DNA of 64,000 nucleotides from Laetmonice hystrix (Eukaryota), in NCBI GenBank assembly GCA_965235115.1, contig OZ249436.1, positions 14,386,001-14,450,000 on the forward strand, in the 5' to 3' direction. Positions 26,806 through 37,720 of the stretch are shown in pieces (the first letter of the stretch is position 1; every line of letters begins with the position of its first letter). Under the pieces are notes generated by a model that searched no databases, was not told the DNA's origin, and saw only the letters and a program-made list of their open reading frames with translations. The position numbers were made by a program, and so were the translations under genes.

Positions 26806-29800
26806 CTTCTACAGAAAAAAAAAACGCAAAAGTCATATTGAATGTTTACTAAGCACTTGAAGACTTGAAGGTCAGATGTGTTGATGAGGCACAGGTTTCA
26901 TTAATCAACTCTACTGCTAATTTGGTGAGGTTCATTTCAACACTCTCAGTCTAATGAGCCTCTGGCAGAGGCAAACACGGATGCATGCCGTTTCCTTTGA
27001 GAAAATGTGATCGCCTAGGCATCCTTAATGAAAACCATCAACATAACAAGACAAATGTCAACAAATATTTTTATTACAATGCACAAAAATAGAATCTGGA
27101 TTTAACAGTAACTTGGCTGTGGCTTTTTGTCTTGAAAGTTGAATTTAATATGCTCCATTAGCAGCAGAACCAAGAAGAGAGTCTGTATTATTATTATAAA
27201 CTGGGCCGAGAGTAGGCCCGCCTACATACATGATGCATTTAAAAGCTTCATGAACACTGTGTGCAGTCAACCTCCTCCATTAACTAGATTGCCCTGGGGT
27301 GTTTCTTTATTGGACTCCAGCTGTAAGATTTTTTAGAGATCAAGGACACTCTATACCCCCATTTCTACATGGAAACTCAATCAAACCTCGTCTGATGTAT
27401 TAATAGGCGTTAATTACCAGTAATGTCTTTACAATCTTGGTTACATCATGGATACTGGCATGTCCATTTTGAATAACTATGCTGTGAGCAAAATAGAATT
27501 ATTTTGGCTTCTTGAAAGGAAAGACTAATCAAATGGTACTGAGTGACCAGTTGAAATAAAAGAGAAAACATACAATATCTAAAAATCTTGAGTTATAATC
27601 TATAATTCTAATTTAAATCTGTGTAAATCTAAATAATATTCAGAAGTCATTTAAAAACATCAGAAATTTTATTCCTCTTCGTTTTGTACAGTAGTGAGCA
27701 AGGACTTCATCATTCTCTGAGTGTCAGTGTTTTAGGTTAAGGAGACGATAATATTTACCAGTAGTCGCTATTTTCAAGGACCTGTACTACATTGTGACTT
27801 GTCATTGATCTCATCTAAACATTTTCAGCCAACTGTCGTTACCTGATAGCTATACCTGGTGAGATGTCTGAGACACTGGCAGTGTTTTTCGTATTCCTAT
27901 GCACATGGCTATGCAAATTTTGGTTAGTGCAAATTAGAAGCTCTTCTGTCAGTATGCAGTATAGACGTTTGATTTATAGTTAGGGATTTTGAATATACTC
28001 TTAGTCTTAGTATTAGTCTTGGGGAAACCAAAAATATTTCACGAATTCCAGAACTACATAGTACATTTTGGACTGTTACCGAAGGTGTGCTCTACACAAC
28101 AGACAAGTAACGTTTATACGATTGCAAATGGCAGCATTCATCGTCTTGGCGAGCACTCCAGCTAGTTTTTGCATCCGGCGGAATTTTTACAGAGCTCTTT
28201 CCATTCATAGGATGTGCTACCAGAAAGGCAGAATCAATATGAAAAACACTCAATCCCATAAAGTATATCAGTGACAAGTAGGCTGGCCAAAATCTGAAGA
28301 TTCCGGTCGATACGGTGAATAATATACTCGGAGCAACTGCCTGAATAAATACCACCATCTTCATAAACCTGTGGGCTTTGACTGAAACGTTTGTTATATT
28401 CTGAATACAGATGTATATCACTAATATGTTCCTTTAATTACACCTCTGGATACATTCAACAATACAACATAATGTTATATAATGCCTCATATATTGAGGC
28501 ATTATATGACATAGGCCTATATAATATAGAAATTGTAATTAACTATACAAACACTGAAGTTGTTCTCCAGATGCTTCTCAAGTTACCTGTACTGTCAATC
28601 ATTAATTCATAAAGACATAATGATAAACACCCCACTGTATGGTAGCATGTGGTATGTGACTATATATTTGGACCATTCTTGGCAGGGATCAGCAGACACA
28701 TAATCGAGCCTAGAGCTGTAACAGGCCTTGCCTGACTGGGATGGATACTCTGTCTAAACATAATCCAGCTCAAGCTTTATTTCCTGGCACTGAACCTGTT
28801 TACCTATGGTCCACTTCCTCGCGGGACGGCCACCCCACAATCCTACCTGTTTCTCTACCCGCCCCCACTGAGAAATATCTGGAACACAACCATTCTTGCC
28901 CTGCCCGCTCTCCCATATAGGCCACAAACCCAGCCCACTTATATCTGCATGTACGTCATCTCTGTGTAATGCCCCAGAAACCCCTCTCCCCTCGCGCCAG
29001 GCTATACAACTATCCTCATGATGTAAACACTGCTACCCTTGGGCCCAGTCAGAGTGGTGGGTGACATCACTGCTCTCCCCGTCTAGCCACACTCAGAGCC
29101 CAACAAACACACTAAAATCTCCATGTGGCTGTTTGTCTTGCCGAGGCTCTCCTGGTCCTGGAGAGGGCAAGTTTGACAACAGTCTAGTCTCTACTTCTTA
29201 GGGCTCCCTGCTCTGCCAGCAACATGCTCAAGCCTGCTCACTCAAACCAGGCACAAAACAGATAAGCCACCAGCACGTACAAATTTCTCTGTCTCTAGCA
29301 TGTACAGGAGCCTATAAAAGATAACCTTGTCAATAACCACGTGTTCAGTATTGACCCAGTTGGGTGCAATTATGTTAATGTAGCCTGACCCATCTCTTGA
29401 TGGGTGGGTGTTCTGTGGCATGCCCTCAAATGACCTCACCATCAAATTCATATACGGTAACATGAAAGAATCGGTTATTCTTTGTTATTCAGTGAGAAAA
29501 AAAACTACCAGTACCATGAGGACCTGCTTGTTGTAGCAGACAATTAGTACAATACTGACTGTATTGTGTGATTTGGGGGGGGGGGGGGGTAGGGAAGAGG
29601 GTCAGTAAGGCATTCCCTGTCCAGTCAGCAGAGGACGGCCTGACCTATTTCACAGGTGCCTTGGAAACATTCACCTTGTTTGAACATGATGAGCATTACC
29701 AGGTGGGCTCAATTAGTTACACACCCAGTCCCTGTTGATGAACTCCTTATTTATTCCTGGGGAGGGGATGTCTTTTGTTTTTAGGTTGATGATCAATTTG

Positions 29801-30980
29801 ATAAGCTTGCAATACAGCTGTATTTTTTTTTAGTTTGCCCATGTACTTTCCATTTTGCCATGTACGTGGTACTGGTAAGTATATTTCAACATGTCTTGCC
29901 AGGGAAAGCACTATAACTCTGCACAGACATATCTTACCAAAATGGAATGAACAAATCATGCATGGTGTTTGGGTGTGAGGTACCGGCAGCTATTTTTTAA
30001 ACATACTGAGGCTGCTAAATTGGGCTGGGAGACATAATGTCCTGTGCCACTGTCACTGACATCATCTAAACCAACTCTAACAAAGTCTAATTTACTGTCT
30101 GATTCAGTCTTATCATGGCCTGGTACCAATGTACTGAATGAAGACTGTTCAGCATATTTTATACTAGTCTGCAGAAGATGGTATGACTTTGCTGTCATGA
30201 CACGCCAGTCAGGACGTGGCATGCACAATGATGTCACCATGATACGTGTACATGTCCAATACTTATCCATGATTATCTCTAAACCCTTCAGGGGATGGAT
30301 GCCTCTGGGTACTGGCAGTGACCCAGTCAAGCCATTGCCCCTCCAAGGTCAGGTGTACAAGTTTGAAACGAATCCAGCCATTACATACTGATAAATTATC
30401 CTTGAATCACAACTAAGTTACATTAACCAAATAGCAGCTGATAAACAGTGCCATGCTACCTCCAATTTATTTTATGACTTCCCTGATCATTCTTAACTTC
30501 ACCTTAATTGCTAATCATGATTTTTAACTTATATAATATGAATTCTCAGTGCAGTTGGTTGTCATCAAGCTTGTACTTCACATGTGCTGGATATGGGAAG
30601 ATGGAAAACCTTGTTCTCAATCCTCTTCTCTATGATTCATGAAAGTATCCCACATACTAACAGCTTGAACGACACACATCCCCACAAAGGTCAATCCTCT
30701 TTTTTTGTCAAATGGGGCACTGCATTGTTTTGCCATTTTACCTTCATTTTTAAAATTAAATTATCACTAGAGGGACTCTGCATTCTTTTTTTTTTTTTTT
30801 TTTTTTTTGTTGTTTAAATTCTTTATTTCATCATTTCAAAGTACATTATAACAGTGGTAAGAGAAGAAGCCAATAAGGGCTTATATATTCTCGCATCAAA
30901 TAAGGTTTTTAACATAGGACGGAAATATAGATACAACTATATAGCAACATATATACAAAGTTTGTTGGTAAAGATCAAAT

Positions 30981-33900
30981 TTATAAATTCAAAATATAAT
31001 ATTCTTTTAACTGTTTGGCATATGTGTGAATGGAACAGTTGATATTAATGTTGTTGAAAAAAGAATTATAAATTTTTGGTCCCTGTATGGCAATAGAATT
31101 TTCAAAAGTGGAACATGATGATTTAGGAACTTTAAAAAAATATCGCTGTCTGGTGACTTGGGCTTCGTTTCTTTCAAATAGGTCGTCTATGACATTAGGA
31201 ACTTTTCCATGGTGTACTTTATGCATGAGAAGGGCACATCTAAAAGAATAGAGTTGGTTAATAGGAAGAATCTTTAATTTTTTAAAGAGATATAAAGAAG
31301 GTGATCTACTTGGGGATAGAGTTATGGACCTAATACATCTCTTTTGAAGCTTAATAACAGATTGTAGGTGACATTTGCATGTAGATCCCCATACTGTGAT
31401 CCCGTTTATGAGATAACTTTGTACCAAGGCATAGTAAATTGATAATAGAGAATGCTGGCTTATGCTCCTGCGTATTTTTTGTATGACACCGCATGATTTT
31501 GCTATTTTATTTGATATATAGTTTAAATGGTCCATCCATGAAAGTTTTTCGTCTATTATATAACCAAGAAATTTGTATGTTCTAACTCGCTCAATCGGAA
31601 TACCGTTAATATTGAGAGAAGGACAGTTTTCACGGATTTTCTTCTTGGAGAATATCATGTATTTTGACTTTTTAATGTTTATAGATAATTTATTAGCATT
31701 AAGCCAGTCATATATTTTTTCTAACTCTCTATTTGCTTGATTAATAATACCATCTAGTGTCTTTCCTCGAAGAAGTCCACTTGTGTCATCCGCATATAAG
31801 ATTGGCATTAGTAAATTAGAAATATGCATAATGTCATTAATATAAATTAGGAACAGGAGGGGTCCAAGAATTGAGCCTTGAGGCACACCAGTGTTTAATT
31901 TTAAGGATGCGGACTTGTTACTATTGAAGATTATTGTTTGGTCCCTATCTTTTAAATAATTAGCAAACCACTGAAGTGCCGAACCCCTGATTCCATAATG
32001 GTTTAACTTATTGAGAAGTATATCAAAATTTACGGTGTCAAAGGCTTTGGAAAAATCTAGGAATATACCAATGGCAATATTATTTTGATCGAAGGCTTTT
32101 GTTATTATATCATTTAGGGTTATCAATGCTAATTCTGTTGAGTGGTTGGGACGAAAGCCATATTGATATGTATATAAAACATTATGCTTTTGAAGGAAAT
32201 TATAGAGTCTTTTATGCATAAGCTTTTCAAATATTTTGGATATGATAGGGAGAATCGATATGGGTCTGTAGTTTGTGAATAGATGAGGATCATCTGCTTT
32301 ATATAATGGTTTACATCTAGCCGTTTTGATCTCTGATGGGATAATTCCAGTTTCAAAAGATAAATTAATGATATGACATATGATCGGTATGATTAGATTT
32401 TGAATTCTTTTGATAATTTTCAGCGTATAACCATCCATACCTGGAGCAGTGTTTTTGAGATTACTTATAGTTCTTAGTACCTCTTGATGATCTGTAGGGA
32501 TTATAAATATTGAGTGCGTATTAGGGGACTTGAGATAATGCATATAAGTACCTTGTGAACGTGGAATTTTATCTGCTAGGCAAGGACCTACATTTACAAA
32601 AAATTGATTAAAGCAGTCAGCTATTTTCTTGTCCTCATATATCATCTCATCATTCAAAAGGAAATAATTCGGATACTCATCTGAAGTTTCAAGTCCCATA
32701 ATCTCTTTAATAACATTCCAGTAACGTTTAGGATCTTTGTTTTGCCTTTCAATTTTATTATCATAGTAATCGTTCTTTGCTCTCCACAATTTCTTAGTAA
32801 GTTTTTTCTTAGCTTCTTTGTATTTTACATTATTTATCTGAGACGGTACCCTAATTGACTTAGTGTACAACCAATTCTTATATTTTATTTCTTTCTTTAG
32901 TTCCGTTGATATCCAGGGAAGCCTGTTCATATAGGTTTTCTTTAATTCAACAATTGGAAATGACTTTTGAAAATTTTTATCAATTAAGTTGTGAAGTGAT
33001 GAGTAAGCACTCTGAGTGTCCGACATAAGCAGAATCTGTGTCCAATCTTCTTCATCACAATATGCTTTAAACTTAGTAATATTTTGTTCAGTAAATTTCC
33101 TTATATATTTGACACTTTCCTTTGTAACGATTGAGGGAATATATATATTAGCAATTATAGTATAATGATCAGAAATGTCTGTAGGTAAAATGAAGGACTC
33201 ATGTTTCACTGTTTGTTCATTAGTAAATATGTTGTCTATGATGGTAGCAGTTGTCGGGGTGACTCTAGTTGGTTTCGTTATTAAAGGTAGGAGTGTATAA
33301 GACGCCATTAAATCAATAAACATTCGGACGGTCTTGCTTTTGGTGGCCTGCAAAAGGTCAATGTTAAAGTCACCCGCAGTATAACATAGTAGCTGATCCA
33401 TTTGCATACTGTCATACACCTGTGTGACCTTCGCGAAAAAGTTATCGAGGTCACCATTCGGGGGTCTATATACCGCTCCGATAATAAGATCTTTGTGATA
33501 ATTAATTTGTTGTTTTTTCACCTTAATGAAAAGAAATTCATAATCCACATTCATGATATTTAACTTTTTGATTATGTTAAATGTTAAGGTATTTTTAACA
33601 AAAATAGAGACTCCACCGCCTTTTTTCCTTGTGCGGAAATTATGAACACCCTTAAAACCCGGAAGCTTATATATGTCAACATTAATCTCATTAAACCATG
33701 TTTCAGTCAGTATTATAAAACACATCTTCGATAACATAGGATTGATAAATTCAATAAAGGCATCATAATTTCGTGGCAGACTTCTGATATTCAAAAGAGT
33801 TATGTTTAGGTGACCGTCTAATAACTGGTTTACATCATTATCGGGCAACGCATAATCACACATGTTGCATCCGTTGTTATATATGTTCAAGTCGGGATCA

Positions 33901-34130
33901 ATTGCACAATTTTCGTAAAATATTTCATTCTCGTTTTCAATTATAGACAAGTTCATTTCAGTTTCATTAAGCATAATGGTAGATTCATCGGTGCAGGAAT
34001 TCCTTGCAAACAATTCAATAAATTCATTTTCGTCAAGTTGTATAAACGGTGGTACATAGTCAGAATCATTTAGTGCGTCTGCGAGATGTATATTTGTGGT
34101 TAGTAAATCAGACCGTGGCATTATTTCCAA
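30981..34130 (-). CDS. LINE ORF2: AP endonuclease plus reverse transcriptase (1049 aa as called; first ATG at 34121)
   Basis: APE motifs LNIRSL, LTETW, GGGVSIFV, YRPP, GDFNIDL, PTRVT..TIIDNIF and SDH. RT motifs APGMDG, NYRPISILPIISKIFEK, QYGFR..HSTELAL, FLDFSKAFDTV, GVPQGSILGPLLFLIYIND and YADD. No stops or frameshifts. Confidence 0.96.
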   Translation of the reverse strand: MEIMPRSDLLTTNIHLADALNDSDYVPPFIQLDENEFIELFARNSCTDESTIMLNETEMNLSIIENENEIFYENCAIDPDLNIYNNGCNMCDYALPDNDVNQLLDGHLNITLLNIRSLPRNYDAFIEFINPMLSKMCFIILTETWFNEINVDIYKLPGFKGVHNFRTRKKGGGVSIFVKNTLTFNIIKKLNIMNVDYEFLFIKVKKQQINYHKDLIIGAVYRPPNGDLDNFFAKVTQVYDSMQMDQLLCYTAGDFNIDLLQATKSKTVRMFIDLMASYTLLPLITKPTRVTPTTATIIDNIFTNEQTVKHESFILPTDISDHYTIIANIYIPSIVTKESVKYIRKFTEQNITKFKAYCDEEDWTQILLMSDTQSAYSSLHNLIDKNFQKSFPIVELKKTYMNRLPWISTELKKEIKYKNWLYTKSIRVPSQINNVKYKEAKKKLTKKLWRAKNDYYDNKIERQNKDPKRYWNVIKEIMGLETSDEYPNYFLLNDEMIYEDKKIADCFNQFFVNVGPCLADKIPRSQGTYMHYLKSPNTHSIFIIPTDHQEVLRTISNLKNTAPGMDGYTLKIIKRIQNLIIPIICHIINLSFETGIIPSEIKTARCKPLYKADDPHLFTNYRPISILPIISKIFEKLMHKRLYNFLQKHNVLYTYQYGFRPNHSTELALITLNDIITKAFDQNNIAIGIFLDFSKAFDTVNFDILLNKLNHYGIRGSALQWFANYLKDRDQTIIFNSNKSASLKLNTGVPQGSILGPLLFLIYINDIMHISNLLMPILYADDTSGLLRGKTLDGIINQANRELEKIYDWLNANKLSINIKKSKYMIFSKKKIRENCPSLNINGIPIERVRTYKFLGYIIDEKLSWMDHLNYISNKIAKSCGVIQKIRRSISQHSLLSIYYALVQSYLINGITVWGSTCKCHLQSVIKLQKRCIRSITLSPSRSPSLYLFKKLKILPINQLYSFRCALLMHKVHHGKVPNVIDDLFERNEAQVTRQRYFFKVPKSSCSTFENSIAIQGPKIYNSFFNNININCSIHTYAKQLKEYYILNL

Positions 34131-34952
34131 ACCACAAGCTTCGGTCTATATTCAGTGTATCTGTATCGTGCAGACTGAGCTGTATTATTACCATAACGGT
34201 CACCACATGAAACTTTACAATACACACATGAAACTTTACAATGCACACACACATTGTATGATGTACCAGCACAACTTCATCTTGCATATTTACTTCACAT
34301 TGCAAATAGATCAGTCTCATTACAAAAGTGTACCAGATAGAAGTAATCAGATTATCCACATCACACACATAAAAGGAAAACATGTTTTTCTTAGTCGTTA
34401 ACAGTGTCAAGGTGTACCAAACAAAAGAAAACAACTCGTGCAATAACATGTACACATACAATGAAAACGTGTTTGTAAACCAGGAGGAGCGTTAACGTGC
34501 AAGCAATAATGTAGGGCACCAGCGATCGGTCAGTCATGGTCACTGAGCACACAGTGAGCAAGTCGCTCCCTCGCCCCATGGACGCCGCCCACTGCCCTGG
34601 TCGCGTGCTGTACCTGGCACTGCTGCGAGCAGGGGGAGCGCGGAGCGTCCACTACACGCAGGAAACAGCGCCCCCGGACGCCCGCCCGCCCGCGAGACCC
34701 CTCTATACATTCATCGAACCTTATGAAAAATAAAGCAACTAGACCAATTTTAAGTGTATAACATATACATCGAATATTTCACACCTGTACTGAAGGCATA
34801 CCTTAACAATTACAGCAGTAAGTTTACTACATAGGTATGTAGCCTACATGAGGTAGTTGCACCAGGGGAAGGATCCGTGATTTCGGGAAACATGACCAGT
34901 ATATGAGAGCAGATTATATATGATAATCCAAGACGACGAGTATAATAGTTGC

Positions 34953-36284
34953 TTATGAAAGGTTCTCCCTAATATTCATTAACATTTTCCCTAACCGATT
35001 TTCACCGCTCCATGTGTTGTATCTGAGTTCACTCGATGTGAGAGTGGCACCTGCGCCCCAGAATCTGTCACGTGTTGCCTCCACCAGCAGTTTGCCCCCC
35101 GTACTCTTCAGCTTCTCCCGAAGGGATAGGTCATGGTCAAATTTGATGCAGAGTGCCCGCTTCATCACACCTTCCTTATGCCTGTTCCAGTTAGCATCTA
35201 GGGGTAGGTGAATGTGGTCACCCATGGCTTTAATTTTGAGTGGATCAGTTTCTTTCATGATATTTCGCGCTACATCCTGTCTGCCAGCTACATCTGCCTT
35301 TTTTGCCTGAAAATATTGTTCCACAGATGAAAACTGACGTCCATCTTCAATGATCGTGCAAGGGAACATGTTACTGAGGAATGAATGGTGACTATAAAAA
35401 CCAATAGTATCATCGTTCACTTGCACAGTTCTGGCAGCTTCCAGATTGAACTGTTTGGGGACATTTTGGAGCGTTTCGTGCGTATATGTAGCTTCGTTAA
35501 TGATGACTTTGTCCCCCTGTAGTTTAACGCGAGCCTTCTTGCTTTTAGCTAGGAGGTAGACAGCTCTAATTTCTGCACGTTGGCGCTTTATTTCTTGGGG
35601 TAGGTCCTCATTTATATATAGGCCCCTGGGTTTATTTCTGAGTTCACGGTAGGCGAGCAAGACTGCGTCTCTCTGTGAATGAGCAATGAATCGCGCTAGT
35701 ACTGGCCTGGGCCTACTATTTATAGCCCTCCCATATCTGTGCACCTTGTCAAGGTGTGCTGCATCTACTCGTATGCCACATTTTTCGTACAAACAAGATA
35801 TAAACTTTTCTTTAATTCTCTCGCTGTCCTCTTCATTAAGGCCATCTAGCACAAGGTTATGCCTTCTTGAGTAAAGTTCCTGTTGGACATGTTTGGCCTT
35901 TAGTTGGTTCACCTGAAGGGATAGGTCATGTTTGGCTTTTTGTTCTACTTCAAGTGCATGAGTAAGCGCAGATATTTCCTCTTTTTGATCCCGGAGGTCT
36001 TCTTTTAGTTTTTTTACTTCGTTATTGGAATATTCCAGTGCAGCTTGCATTTTCGTACATTCATTGTTAATACATTCAAGTGATGTCTTGATATTTGCGA
36101 CGTCATTTGGAAGGCCTTTCAATTGGCTCAGGCTACTCACCACAAAGGCCTGGTATTCCTCAGGTGTTAGGTCCGGAGATGTCGGTGCCGGGGTAGCTGT
36201 GTCAGCCTTGTCGTCGAAATCTACGACTTGTACCGGGGGTGTGCTTTTCGACGATCTTAGCGACTTATTAGACTTATTAGACAT
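34953..36284 (-). CDS. LINE ORF1 (coiled coil, RRM, CTD) fused to a C-terminal NADAR/YbiA (DUF1768)-like domain
   Basis: Heptad-rich region at about aa 45-135, then RRHNLVLDGLNE, VHRYG..RPRPVLARF and LYINEDLP, typical of L1/CR1-type ORF1p. Residues 293-443 (35408-34956) carry FYS..FLSN, SVEQYFQAKK, W...K..VM..A...KF, L..T....LVEA..DRFWG and GENRLGKMLM.IRE, the NADAR signature. Confidence 0.9.
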   Translation of the reverse strand: MSNKSNKSLRSSKSTPPVQVVDFDDKADTATPAPTSPDLTPEEYQAFVVSSLSQLKGLPNDVANIKTSLECINNECTKMQAALEYSNNEVKKLKEDLRDQKEEISALTHALEVEQKAKHDLSLQVNQLKAKHVQQELYSRRHNLVLDGLNEEDSERIKEKFISCLYEKCGIRVDAAHLDKVHRYGRAINSRPRPVLARFIAHSQRDAVLLAYRELRNKPRGLYINEDLPQEIKRQRAEIRAVYLLAKSKKARVKLQGDKVIINEATYTHETLQNVPKQFNLEAARTVQVNDDTIGFYSHHSFLSNMFPCTIIEDGRQFSSVEQYFQAKKADVAGRQDVARNIMKETDPLKIKAMGDHIHLPLDANWNRHKEGVMKRALCIKFDHDLSLREKLKSTGGKLLVEATRDRFWGAGATLTSSELRYNTWSGENRLGKMLMNIRENLS

Positions 36285-36748
36285 GTTTCATAGAACCAGA
36301 CTATCCACAAAGTCGAGCAACGTATATTCCAGGTGATGCACAGAAAAATTGTATGATTCACTGGGTCCCTTCAGGCAAGAATGAGGTAAAACACCGCTCC
36401 GTGGTTCACACACACACGTCTACATGTCCGCCATATTGAACTTCGGTAGTACATGTACATAGTTAAGGTAGTACATGTAGAAAAGCCCCTTTAGCTGTGG
36501 TGCAAGATCCCTTGGCCTTAGCCAAACAAACCTGTTTTAACATTTTATCCATGCCTGAGAGGGGGCACTGTCCACTGCCTTGACCCTCATTTTCTACCCA
36601 AAATGAAAGAAAACTGTCCCTTTTCGTTTACAAAAAACAGGGTGTCAAGTGCCAAAGACCCTAAAAAAATAGGAAAATAGGATTTTGCTGTGGCAAAAAA
36701 TAGGAATAAAATAGGAAAATCAAACAGAAAATATATAGAAATATATGG

Positions 36749-36822
36749 CTATAGGCCTGATAAAATTCCTGCTGGGTGGCACTTGAACCTTTTTAGTTTT
36801 GTGCCAAGTGGCTAAAATCGGC
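36749..36822. repeat. Dispersed repeat fragment; an inverted copy lies at about 43811-43884
   Basis: ataggcctgataaaattcctgctgggtggcacttgaacctttttagttttgtgccaagtggctaaaatcgg closely matches the reverse complement of 43811-43884. Confidence 0.7.
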
Positions 36823-36942
36823 CAGCCCGGCATGAAATAGTCTGGTGTCAATCTTTTGTACTTTATTGAAATTGAAAGATTTATCATACCATATTTCTAT
36901 TCACTACTGCGTACACTAGTATTGGTAAAAATAATTTTAAGG

Positions 36943-37400
36943 GAGTGTCTATTCGACCAGTGCTCAGCTAGCTGAATTGGCCGAACCAGTTGCACTATTT
37001 AACCAGCGGATATCATCCAATAGTAGTCAACATTTTAAACATGATTTGTTAGCAGTAGGCCTACTTCCCCTATGGGTTAGAGTTAAGGTTAGGTTTAGGG
37101 TTAGCCTAAAAGAACTTTATATTTGGTTTAATTTAGGCCAAAGTGGGATGTTCAGACTATTGGGCTGTCAGACTAACACAGACCACTATCCAGAGCTAAT
37201 TCAAAGATTTCGGAAATGGGGAAAACCGTACCCAAAGCACTTAACTTGAACCTGTTTTTATCTGTTGGTCAAATAAGCGACAAATGATTGGTTGGCTGAC
37301 CAGCTCCTGGTTCAAGTCCTACCCTGCTATCCATCCAGTGGCTGGTTAAATACGCGATAAATGACATTGGTTGACCAGCCACTGGTTGAATAAGACACTC
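36943..37400. mobile_element. MITE with TIRs and internal ggttag microsatellite
   Basis: TIR gagtgtctattcgaccagtg / cactggttgaataagacactc; internal gggttagagttaaggttaggtttagggttag. Confidence 0.6.
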
Positions 37401-37404
37401 ACAT

Positions 37405-37720
37405 CCTGCTATTCAACCAAATAAAGTGAAACCTGTCCCTCCTATTCAACCAGCCCCTGGTTACATAATGATAAGAATCAAGACATACCCTTATTCAAAC
37501 AGGGGCTGGTTAGATAAAGACTAAAGATAAAGTAACCTGGCCCTCTTATTCAACCAGCCCCTGGTTACATAATGATAAGAATCAGGACATACCCTTATTT
37601 AAACAGGGGCTGGTTAGATAAAGACTTTTGCCCTCCTATTCAACCAGCCCCTGGTTACATATTAAGTCTAGAAAAAAGACATCTAGATCTACCCTTATTC
37701 AAACAGCGGCTGGTCAAATA
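37405..37720. repeat. Tandem array (about 90-105 bp unit, 3 copies) of quasi-palindromic motifs
   Basis: Unit ccctcctattcaaccagcccctggttacat...acccttattcaaacaggggctggttag starts at about 37437, 37541 and 37631. Confidence 0.8.

Larger units (their letters stand above)
30786..36445 (-). mobile_element. Full-length non-LTR retrotransposon (CR1/L2 group) with NADAR-fused ORF1
   Basis: Two intact ORFs on the same strand. The 3' end has AATAAA (tttatt at 30822-30827) and a 23-nt poly(A) tail (T run 30786-30808). The 5' UTR appears to begin near caatatggcgg (about 36438). The 5' boundary is approximate and no clear TSD was found. Confidence 0.9.

Noticed and set aside
28717..29180. Possible solo LTR (starts TGTAACA, ends TGACA), weakly similar to about 21740-21810
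   Set aside because: No TSD, primer-binding site or second copy is visible, and the similarity is too short to support a call.
29956..30391. Opposing 124-aa and 115-aa ORFs
   Set aside because: No recognisable motifs and no convincing splice sites linking them to eEF2K.
36285..36445. Self-cleaving (HDV-like) ribozyme at the LINE 5' end
   Set aside because: I could not identify the nested pseudoknot pairings by eye; an Infernal search would be needed to exclude it formally.
37075..37105. Telomere-like ttaggg repeats
   Set aside because: They are degenerate, very short and internal to a MITE, so not an interstitial telomere array.
37405..37720. CRISPR-like palindromic repeat array
   Set aside because: The intervening sequences are themselves repeated rather than unique spacers, there are no cas genes, and the context is eukaryotic.
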